A DNA stretch of 13,303 bases from IMG/VR virus record IMGVR_UViG_648276647_000015, positions 1-13,303 of that record, one strand, 5' to 3'. This document shows, one piece after another, positions 6,971-13,303 of the stretch. This DNA is from a virus. Lineage: Duplodnaviria; Heunggongvirae; Uroviricota; Caudoviricetes. Within the stretch, counting starts at the first letter, position 1. The number at the start of each line of letters is the position of its first letter. Made by a program: the position numbers and the translations under genes. The notes below the pieces were generated by a model, which was given only the letters and a program-made list of their open reading frames with translations, ran no database searches and was not told where the DNA came from.

Positions 6971-8989
6971 ATGAGCACCGATAAACAAGTTTACCCACTG
7001 TATTACGAAGCAAAAAATGACAAAGTAAGAAAACGTCTCGGTATTAAGGGCGGTTTTTACTGGGCTGAAGCGAAAAAATTATCCATTGCCATCTCCCGTG
7101 GTGCTGTTGCGATTGACGATGCTGGCTACGATGAAGATGACTTCAAAAAACCTGTTCGCGTCAATTTGCCCGTTGTTGATGACCTCCCGCCAGAAGGCGT
7201 ATTTGATACGGAATTCTGCAACCGTTACGAAAAAGGCGGGGAAGATGGCATCACAATGGTATTTATCGCGCCCTCACCCTCTGCGCAGGGCAAACCAGCC
7301 AGCACTGACAACACCAATGTTAATGGCGAAGACATGACGGAGATTGAGGAGAATATGCTACTCCCGATTTCTGGCCAGGAGCTACCCATTCGCTGGCTTG
7401 CTCAACACGGCAGCGAAAAACCGGTAACGCACGTTTCACGCAACGAACTCCAGGCATTACACATTGCACGGGCTGAGGAACTACCAGCTGTTACTTCCCT
7501 GGCTGTTTCCCACAAAACCAGCCTGCTCGATCCGCTGGAAATTCGCGATCTCCACAAACTGGTGCGTGATACTGACAGAGTTTTCCCTAATCCAGGCAAT
7601 TCAAGCCTGGGGCTGATGACTGCTTTTTTCGAAGCATACATGGACGCAGACTACACCGATCGCGGTCTGCTGACAAAAGAGTGGATGAAAGGAAATCGTG
7701 TTTCACGCATCACGCGCACGGCTTCCGGCGCTAATGCTGGCGGCGGGAACCTCACCGATCGCGGCGAAGGTTTCGTTCACGATCTGACGTCACTGGCGCG
7801 CGACGTAGCCACTGGCGTACTGGCTCGTTCAATGGACGTGGACATTTATAACCTTCATCCGGCACACGCTAAACGTGTCGAGGAAATTATCGCTGAAAAT
7901 AAACCGCCCTTTTCTGTTTTCCGCGACAAATTCATCACCATGCCTGGCGGGCTGGATTATTCCCGCGCCATCGTGGTTGCGTCCGTAAAAGAAGCACCAA
8001 TTGGGATCGAGGTTATCCCCGCACACGTCACTGAATATCTGAACAAAGTACTGACTGAAACTGATCATGCCAACCCTGATCCGGAAATCGTGGATATTGC
8101 CTGCGGTCGTTCCTCTGCCCCGATGCCGCAGCGTGTAACAGAAGAAGAAAAACAGGATGATGAAGAAAAACTGCAACCATCTTGCGCAATGGCAGATGAA
8201 CAGGCAACGGCTGAAACAGTGGAACCGGATGCAACTGAACATCATCAGGACACGCAGCCGCTGGATGCTCAGTCACAGGTAAATTCGGTTGATGCGAAAT
8301 ATCTGAAACTGCGGGCAGAACTCCATGAAGCCCGGAAAAACATTCCGCCCAAAAATCCTGTCGATGCAGACAAATTACTGGCTGCCTCTCGCGGAGAATT
8401 TGTTGAAGGGATTAGCGACCCGAATGATCCGAAATGGGTTAAGGGGATCCAGACCCGCGACTCTGTGTACCAGAATCAGCCAGAAACGGAACATAACGAC
8501 CAGAAAGCGGAACAGAACGACCCAAATACGCAACAAAACGAGCCAGAAACGAAACAGCCTGAGCCAGTAGTGCAACAACAGGAAACGGAGAAAGTTTGCA
8601 CCGCCTGCGGTCAGTCTGGCGGGGATAACTGCCCTGACTGTGGTGCGGTGATGGGCGACGCAACATATCAGGAAACATTCGATGACGAGAATCAGGTTGA
8701 AGTTCGGGAAAATGAGCCGGAGAAAATGGAAGGCGCTGAACATCCACACAAGGAGAATGCTGGCAGCGATCCGCATCGCGATTGCAGTGATGAAACTGGC
8801 GAAGCAGCAGCTTCATCATTAGAAAAACTCGACTGGAAAAGACAAGTGGTGATTGCGGCGGTTTACGGTTTATGTGCGAATCCTGCAGGTATAGCCTCAG
8901 CGCCATTAATTCCGGGTATTGCAATGATGATCGCAAACAAACTTGAAAATTTTGGGGTAACAGATGATGAGCACATGCCCGATTTTTGA
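6971..8989 (+). CDS. Large protein resembling the N-terminal non-nuclease region of RecE (exonuclease VIII); no PD-(D/E)xK nuclease domain; C-terminal CxxC-x15-CxxC zinc ribbon and acidic/Q-rich segment; 672 aa
   Basis: Occupies the recE position downstream of racC; central region ([44 protein letters not shown]...) matches my recollection of RecE; ends 26 nt inside gam. Homology is recalled, not computed. Confidence 0.65.
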   Translation: MSTDKQVYPLYYEAKNDKVRKRLGIKGGFYWAEAKKLSIAISRGAVAIDDAGYDEDDFKKPVRVNLPVVDDLPPEGVFDTEFCNRYEKGGEDGITMVFIAPSPSAQGKPASTDNTNVNGEDMTEIEENMLLPISGQELPIRWLAQHGSEKPVTHVSRNELQALHIARAEELPAVTSLAVSHKTSLLDPLEIRDLHKLVRDTDRVFPNPGNSSLGLMTAFFEAYMDADYTDRGLLTKEWMKGNRVSRITRTASGANAGGGNLTDRGEGFVHDLTSLARDVATGVLARSMDVDIYNLHPAHAKRVEEIIAENKPPFSVFRDKFITMPGGLDYSRAIVVASVKEAPIGIEVIPAHVTEYLNKVLTETDHANPDPEIVDIACGRSSAPMPQRVTEEEKQDDEEKLQPSCAMADEQATAETVEPDATEHHQDTQPLDAQSQVNSVDAKYLKLRAELHEARKNIPPKNPVDADKLLAASRGEFVEGISDPNDPKWVKGIQTRDSVYQNQPETEHNDQKAEQNDPNTQQNEPETKQPEPVVQQQETEKVCTACGQSGGDNCPDCGAVMGDATYQETFDDENQVEVRENEPEKMEGAEHPHKENAGSDPHRDCSDETGEAAASSLEKLDWKRQVVIAAVYGLCANPAGIASAPLIPGIAMMIANKLENFGVTDDEHMPDF

Positions 8990-9263
8990 TCGCATTGAAG
9001 AGCTGGCATGGTCACGCCACTACCAGAAGATCGTTCGCGAAGAAAAAGAAACGGAACTGGCGGACGACCTGGAAAAAGGTCTGCCTCAGCACCTGTTTGA
9101 ATCGCTCTGCATCGACCATTTGCAACGCCACGGTGCCAGCAAACAGGCAATCAGTCGCGCATTTGATGACGATGTTGAATTTCAGGAACGTGTGGCGGAG
9201 CACATCCGGTACATGGTTGAAACCATTGCTCGTCACCAGGTTGATATTGATTCAGAGGTATAA
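8964..9263 (+). CDS. gam: Gam (RecBCD inhibitor), short-form length, 99 aa
   Basis: Residues from [14 protein letters not shown]...[22 protein letters not shown]...[32 protein letters not shown] are near-identical to lambda Gam as recalled; N-terminal 15 aa diverge. Confidence 0.9.
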   Translation: MMSTCPIFDRIEELAWSRHYQKIVREEKETELADDLEKGLPQHLFESLCIDHLQRHGASKQAISRAFDDDVEFQERVAEHIRYMVETIARHQVDIDSEV

Positions 9264-9268
9264 AACGA

Positions 9269-10054
9269 ATGAGTACAGCACTTGCAACACTGGCCGGGAA
9301 GCTGGCTGAACGCGTCGGCATGGATTCTGTCGACCCGCAGGAACTGATCGCCACTCTTCGCCAGACGGCATTTAAAGGTAATGCCAGCGATGCGCAATTC
9401 ATCGCGCTGCTGATCGTCGCCAACCAGTACGGACTTAATCCGTGGACGAAAGAGATTTACGCCTTCCCTGATAAGCAGAACGGCATTGTTCCGGTGGTGG
9501 GCGTTGATGGCTGGTCCCGCATCATAAATGAAAACCAGCAGTTTGATGGCATGGACTTTGAGCAGGACGATGAATCATGTACATGCCGGATTTACCGCAA
9601 GGACCGTAATCATCCGATCTGCGTTACCGAGTGGATGGATGAGTGCCGTCGCGAACCATTCAAAACCCGAGAAGGCAAAGAAATCATCGGACCGTGGCAG
9701 TCGCATCCCAAACGGATGTTACGGCATAAAGCCATGATTCAGTGTGCCCGTCTGGCCTTCGGATTTGCTGGTATCTATGACAAGGATGAAGCCGAGCGCA
9801 TTGTCGAAAATACCGCACACACTGCAGAACATCAGCCGGAACGCGACATCACTCCGGTTAACGATGAAACCATGCAGGAGATTAACACTCTGCTGATCGC
9901 CCTGGATAAAACATGGGATGACGACTTATTGCCGCTCTGTTCCCAGATATTTCGCCGCGACATTCGTGCATTGTCAGAACTGAAACAGGACGAAGCAGTG
10001 AAAGCTCTTGGATTCCTGAAACAGAAAGCCGCAGAGCAGAAGGTGGCAATATGA
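9269..10054 (+). CDS. bet: Bet (Red-beta single-strand annealing protein), 261 aa
   Basis: [27 protein letters not shown]... essentially identical to lambda Bet over full length as recalled; same 261-aa length. Confidence 0.95.
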   Translation: MSTALATLAGKLAERVGMDSVDPQELIATLRQTAFKGNASDAQFIALLIVANQYGLNPWTKEIYAFPDKQNGIVPVVGVDGWSRIINENQQFDGMDFEQDDESCTCRIYRKDRNHPICVTEWMDECRREPFKTREGKEIIGPWQSHPKRMLRHKAMIQCARLAFGFAGIYDKDEAERIVENTAHTAEHQPERDITPVNDETMQEINTLLIALDKTWDDDLLPLCSQIFRRDIRALSELKQDEAVKALGFLKQKAAEQKVAI

Positions 10055-10731
10055 CATCGGACATTATCCTGCAGCGTACCGGGATCGACGTGAGAGCTAT
10101 CGTGCAGGGGGATGATGCGTGGCACAAATTACGGCTCGGCGTCATCACAGCTTCAGAAGTTCACAACGTGATAGCAAAACCCCGCTCTGGAAAGAAATGG
10201 CCTGACATGAAAATGTCCTACTTCCACACCCTGCTTGCCGAGGTTTGCACCGGTGTGGCTCCGGAAGTTAACGCTAAGGCGCTGGCCTGGGGAAAACAGT
10301 ACGAGAACGACGCCAGAACCCTGTTTGAGTTCACTTCCGGCGTGAATGTTACTGAATCCCCGATCATCTATCGCGACGAAAGTATGCGCACCGCCTGCTC
10401 TCCCGATGGTTTATGCAGTGATGGCAACGGCCTTGAGCTGAAATGCCCGTTTACCTCCCGGGATTTCATGAAGTTCCGGCTCGGTGGTTTCGAGGCCATA
10501 AAGTCGGCTTACATGGCCCAGGTGCAGTACAGCATGTGGGTGACGCGAAAAGATGCCTGGTATTTTGCCAACTATGACCCACGAATGAAGCGTGAAGGCC
10601 TGCATTATGTCGTGGTTGATCGGGATGAAAAGTACATGGCGAGTTTTGACGAGATGGTGCCAGAATTCATCGAAAAAATGGACGAGGCACTGGCTGAAAT
10701 TGGTTTTGTATTTGGGGAGCAATGGAAATGA
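10051..10731 (+). CDS. exo: Exo (Red-alpha 5-prime to 3-prime exonuclease), 226 aa
   Basis: [50 protein letters not shown]... near-identical to lambda Exo as recalled; ATG overlaps bet stop as ATGA, as in lambda. Confidence 0.95.
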   Translation: MTSDIILQRTGIDVRAIVQGDDAWHKLRLGVITASEVHNVIAKPRSGKKWPDMKMSYFHTLLAEVCTGVAPEVNAKALAWGKQYENDARTLFEFTSGVNVTESPIIYRDESMRTACSPDGLCSDGNGLELKCPFTSRDFMKFRLGGFEAIKSAYMAQVQYSMWVTRKDAWYFANYDPRMKREGLHYVVVDRDEKYMASFDEMVPEFIEKMDEALAEIGFVFGEQWK

Positions 10732-10958
10732 GCGCAGCCACAAAGCTCACAGGAGAAAAACCAGTGCGATACACAAAAGTCAAACCATGCCCTTTTTGTG
10801 GTTGTCCATCAGTAACGGTGAAAGCCATTTCAGGATATTACCGCGCGAAGTGTAACGGATGCGAATCCCGAACCGGCTATGGTGGAAGTGAAAAAGAAGC
10901 ACTCGAACGATGGAATAAACGAACCACTGGAAATAATAATGGAGGTGTTCATGTATAA
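10728..10958 (+). CDS. Lar-like zinc-ribbon protein (putative restriction alleviation), 76 aa
   Basis: CPFCG ... CNGCE double CxxC motif and EALERWNKR segment resemble the Lar family; occupies the lar/ralR position after the recombinase genes. ATG 10728 overlaps the exo stop (ATGA) and has GGGGAG 8 nt upstream; ORF-track start 10722 is too close to the RBS. Confidence 0.5.
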   Translation: MSAATKLTGEKPVRYTKVKPCPFCGCPSVTVKAISGYYRAKCNGCESRTGYGGSEKEALERWNKRTTGNNNGGVHV

Positions 10959-11115
10959 AATTACCGCCACTATTGAAAAGGAAGGTGGCACTCCTACTAA
11001 CTGGACAAGGTACTCAAAAAACAAAGTTAACCAAATCGGAATGCGAAAAAATGCTCTCGGGGAAAAAAGAAGCAGGCGTTTCCAGAGAGCAGAAAGTAAA
11101 ACTGATAAATTTTAA
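10951..11115 (+). CDS. Small phage protein, 54 aa ([44 protein letters not shown]...), possibly YdaC/DUF1187-like
   Basis: ATG 10951 with GGAGG 5 nt upstream; ORF-track entry 10879..11115 is an N-terminal extension without an RBS. Identity uncertain. Confidence 0.4.
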   Translation: MYKITATIEKEGGTPTNWTRYSKNKVNQIGMRKNALGEKRSRRFQRAESKTDKF

Positions 11116-11246
11116 TTGCGAGAAACTTCTGTCCTCGTGAGTTGCATTATATCCAAATTAGAACTTCATAGCTGATTATTAAAAATCAATCACGTCCGCC
11201 AGTATTCTGTATATTTACTGGCGGTCATATCGTAAGAGGTATGGCA

Positions 11247-11528
11247 ATGAATCTTGTGACACTCAAAACGTGGGGGAAACTCAGATATCCGGATAATCCA
11301 CCATCAATATCAACGCTGAGACGATGGGCAAGGAATGGAAACATTTATCCTGCACCTGAACTACACGGGAGGAGTTACAGGGTGGTTCCGGAGGCTTTCT
11401 ATATCAACCCAAATAAGGTTGATACCGATATAACACACCATCAGCCTAATGGGCGACAAGGGAGAGACAGTCCGTTACTGGAGAAGTTAAAACATGCAGC
11501 GGAAAAAATACGATCCCAATTTGCCTAA
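11247..11528 (+). CDS. xis: Excisionase (Xis-like), about 93 aa
   Basis: Directly upstream of and overlapping int by 35 nt as in lambda; motif STLRRWARNGNIYPAPELHGRSYRVVPEA resembles excisionase/MerR-like winged helix. ATG 11247 has GAGG 7 nt upstream (ATG 11241 is 1 nt from the RBS). Confidence 0.6.
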   Translation: MNLVTLKTWGKLRYPDNPPSISTLRRWARNGNIYPAPELHGRSYRVVPEAFYINPNKVDTDITHHQPNGRQGRDSPLLEKLKHAAEKIRSQFA

Positions 11529-12570
11529 AAACTTAACATATCGAAGGAGGGACAAAGCATATTACTGGCGCAACCCTCTGACGAAAGAAGAATTTACACT
11601 AGGTAAAATTTCAAGAAGAGATGCAGTAGCGCAGGCAATTGAAGCAAATCATTATATATACAAAAACTACTCTCCTGCTGCCTTAATTGAAAAGCTTAAA
11701 GGGTTCGACTCATTTACTATGGCAGACTGGATTGAACGTTACAAAACGATTCTTATAAGGAGAAAAGTGTCCAGAAATACTTATAAAATTCGGGTAAATC
11801 AACTGGAGACAATAAAAGAAAAATTGGGAGGGATTTTACTGACAGAAATAACCACTCGCCATATTGCCGAGTTTCTTGATTTGTGGATTGAAGGAGGGAA
11901 AAACACAATGGCAGGATCAATGCGTTCTGTGTTGTCTGATATGTTTCGTGAGGCCATTGTTGAAGGACGTATATCTCAAAATCCAGTAACGCCAACAAGA
12001 GCACCGAAAATAGTAGTTACAAGAGAACGACTGAAACTAAAGACATACAACTGCATCAGGGAGGCAGCAGATCAACTTCCGGCATGGTTCCCATTAGCTA
12101 TGGATTTAGCCCTTGTAACAGGACAACGTCGCGAAGACATAACGAATATGCGGTTCAGTGATATTTATGATGATCGTCTCCACATCAGGCAAATTAAGAC
12201 AGGAATGATGATTGCTATCCCCCTGTCACTCAGCCTTCCTGTCGCTGGTCTACGGCTTGGTACAGTAGTTGAACAGTGCCGCCTGGTAAGCCGGGGAGAT
12301 TATCTAATCAGTGCCGGGATTAGAAAAAACAGCCCTGACGGCAGCATTCACCCGGATGGCCTGACAAAAAAATTTGTCGCAGCCAGAAAATTAACAGGTA
12401 TCCAGTTCAGTGAAAACCCACCAACTTTTCACGAGATCAGAAGTCTGGCTGGACGATTGTACAAAGAAACATGTGGAGAAGAATTTGCTCAGCGTCTACT
12501 TGGCCACACATCGGAGAAGACAACAAAAATGTATCTTGATGAGAGAGAAAAAACGTACTTACTGCTCTGA
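11494..12570 (+). CDS. int: Tyrosine site-specific integrase, lambda Int family, 358 aa
   Basis: Alignable to lambda Int as recalled, with conserved catalytic region ...[14 protein letters not shown]...[17 protein letters not shown] (R, H-x-x-R, H, Y); last phage gene before the host junction. Confidence 0.9.
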   Translation: MQRKKYDPNLPKNLTYRRRDKAYYWRNPLTKEEFTLGKISRRDAVAQAIEANHYIYKNYSPAALIEKLKGFDSFTMADWIERYKTILIRRKVSRNTYKIRVNQLETIKEKLGGILLTEITTRHIAEFLDLWIEGGKNTMAGSMRSVLSDMFREAIVEGRISQNPVTPTRAPKIVVTRERLKLKTYNCIREAADQLPAWFPLAMDLALVTGQRREDITNMRFSDIYDDRLHIRQIKTGMMIAIPLSLSLPVAGLRLGTVVEQCRLVSRGDYLISAGIRKNSPDGSIHPDGLTKKFVAARKLTGIQFSENPPTFHEIRSLAGRLYKETCGEEFAQRLLGHTSEKTTKMYLDEREKTYLLL

Positions 12571-12617
12571 TTTTAACGTAAATGGATTGTTAAATGTATT
12601 TTGGTTGTGATATAACC

Positions 12618-12640
12618 AAAAAAGACCGGAATACAGAAAT
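12618..12640. repeat. Partial second copy of the sdsR 3-prime terminus (att-core-like): aaaaaagaccggaatacag vs aaaaaaagaccgaatacg at 12702-12719
   Basis: Direct repeat read from sequence; reverse complement GTATTCCGGTCTTTTTT matches the last 17 nt of sdsR with one inserted base. Confidence 0.6.
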
Positions 12641-12647
12641 TCGAGTA

Positions 12648-12667
12648 AATTTCGGGGAATTTCGGGG
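12648..12667. repeat. Perfect tandem direct repeat aatttcgggg x2
   Basis: Read directly; lies between the two sdsR 3-prime-end copies. Confidence 0.7.
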
Positions 12668-12701
12668 AGACGTTTGCAACTGATTGATTTTAAATACAAT
12701 T

Positions 12702-12804
12702 AAAAAAAGACCGAATACGATTCCTGTATTCGGTCCAGGGAAATGGCTCTTGGGAGAGAGCCGTGCGCTAAAAGTTGGCATTAATGCAGGCTTAGTTGCC
12801 TTGC
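12702..12804 (-). ncRNA. sdsR: SdsR (RyeB) small RNA, about 103 nt
   Basis: Reverse complement of 12702-12804 reads GCAAGGCAACTAAGCCTGCATTAATGCCAACTTTTAGCGCACGGCTCTCTCCCAAGAGCCATTTCCCTGGACCGAATACAGGAATCGTATTCGGTCTTTTTTT, matching my recollection of E. coli SdsR, including the terminator hairpin (10-bp arms, 7-nt loop) and U-run. A CTATTCT -10-like element sits just upstream. Confidence 0.7.
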
Positions 12805-12891
12805 TCTTTAAGAATAGATGACGACGCCAGGTTTTCCAGTTTGCGTGCAAAATGGTCAATAAAAAGCGTGGTGGTCATCAGCTTAAATATT

Positions 12892-12932
12892 AAAAACCGC
12901 CCGTTCTGGTGAAAGAACTGAGGCGGTTTTTT
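12892..12932. terminator. Bidirectional rho-independent terminator between the sRNA locus and yebY
   Basis: Arms AAAAACCGCC (12892-12901) / GGCGGTTTTT (12922-12931) with internal GTTCT/AGAAC pairing; U-runs on both strands. Confidence 0.7.
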
Positions 12933-12961
12933 ATTGGAAATCAAAAGGCTATTTTAGGTAA

Positions 12962-13303
12962 TTAACAGAGTTTTTCAGCTCGCTCTATAAACGGTGCCAG
13001 ACTCATTTTTTCGCCGGGATTGTTAGGATCATCAATCTGAATCACCGAAATGGGTTGGGTTTTAGTCTTCCCACTGGCAACTTCCTTTTGTGCGATATCG
13101 TTTAAAGGATACTGCACGAGGGTACTTGGGTTAATGACATACAAAGCATTACCCGGTCGGCAAGTCAGCATCACCTCTTCGCGATTAAACGCCCATTTGT
13201 CTTTACCCACTTCAAAACGGCTGACGGTAATCACCTGCGGTGCCGCCAGCGCAGCTGCAGAACTGGTGAGTAACAGAAACGCCAGAATACTTTTTTTCAT
13301 CAT
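12962..13303 (-). CDS. yebY: Small secreted protein YebY-like (DUF2511), 113 aa with N-terminal signal peptide
   Basis: Complete ORF ending at the window edge; [20 protein letters not shown] signal sequence; recalled as host YebY, which neighbours the sdsR/ryeA locus. Confidence 0.65.
   Translation of the reverse strand: MMKKSILAFLLLTSSAAALAAPQVITVSRFEVGKDKWAFNREEVMLTCRPGNALYVINPSTLVQYPLNDIAQKEVASGKTKTQPISVIQIDDPNNPGEKMSLAPFIERAEKLC

Larger units (their letters stand above)
1..12700. mobile_element. Integrase-proximal part of an integrated lambdoid prophage (Rac-like early region plus lambda-like Red/xis/int); host junction somewhere in 12600-12720
   Basis: Contiguous phage-type modules in lambdoid order: replication genes, divergent repressor/cro control region, early-left operon, gam-bet-exo, xis, int, then immediately host sRNA locus and yebY-like gene. 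Left boundary lies outside the window. Confidence 0.85.
12690..12932 (+). ncRNA. ryeA: RyeA/SraC-like antisense sRNA overlapping sdsR (boundaries approximate; 5-prime end uncertain)
   Basis: Established knowledge that RyeA is transcribed opposite to and across SdsR in the pphA-yebY region; plus-strand terminator at 12892-12932 fits its 3-prime end. No promoter confidently identified. Confidence 0.35.

Noticed and set aside
7086-8936. ORFs 7086..7337 (+), 7402..7641 (-), 7829..8245 (-), 8028..8276 (-), 8325..8570 (+), 8375..8776 (-), 8439..8936 (-)
   Set aside because: All lie within the 672-aa RecE-like gene in alternative frames or antisense.
6971-8989. Calling the 672-aa protein a complete RecE exonuclease VIII
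   Set aside because: It is about 190 aa shorter than RecE as I recall it and its C-terminus shows no nuclease-type motifs; lambda Exo is present instead.
8986-10743. ORFs 8986..9309 (+), 9012..9236 (-), 9151..9423 (-), 9528..9737 (+), 9832..10125 (-), 9882..10148 (-), 10411..10743 (-), 10592..10855 (+)
   Set aside because: Overlap gam, bet or exo in other frames or antisense; those genes are near-identical to lambda proteins.
10830-12004. Minus-strand ORFs 10830..11024 and 11753..12004
   Set aside because: Antisense to the small early ORFs and to int; no support.
12410-12859. ORFs 12410..12610 (+) and 12590..12859 (-)
   Set aside because: The first overlaps the int 3-prime end out of frame; the second spans the att region and the sdsR sRNA, which explains the sequence better.
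1-13303. CRISPR arrays, tRNA/rRNA genes, IS elements or transposase genes
   Set aside because: No regularly spaced direct repeats, no tRNA-like structures and no transposase-like ORFs found; the integrase target is an sRNA 3-prime end, not a tRNA.

Overview
This window is the integrase-proximal end of a lambdoid prophage and its junction with host DNA at the sdsR/ryeA small-RNA locus beside a yebY-like gene. From left to right on the minus strand: a translationally coupled accessory cassette (partial ORF, zinc-ribbon protein, small DPPH-motif methyltransferase, two unknowns), a replication module (DnaC-like loader, YdaU-like initiator carrying repeated 21-bp palindromes), and a Cro-like/CII-like pair (YdaS/YdaT-like). 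A divergent operator region separates these from the plus-strand genes: a RacR-like repressor without a peptidase domain, a terminator, a near-consensus promoter, a small ORF, kilR, ydaE, racC, a 672-aa RecE-N-terminal-like protein, near-lambda gam-bet-exo, a Lar-like zinc-ribbon ORF, a small ORF, xis and a tyrosine integrase. The prophage is a mosaic: Rac-type early genes joined to a lambda Red module in place of the RecE nuclease/RecT pair. All protein identifications rest on recalled sequence similarity, motifs and gene order, not on a database search. No rRNA, tRNA, CRISPR array or IS element was recognised.
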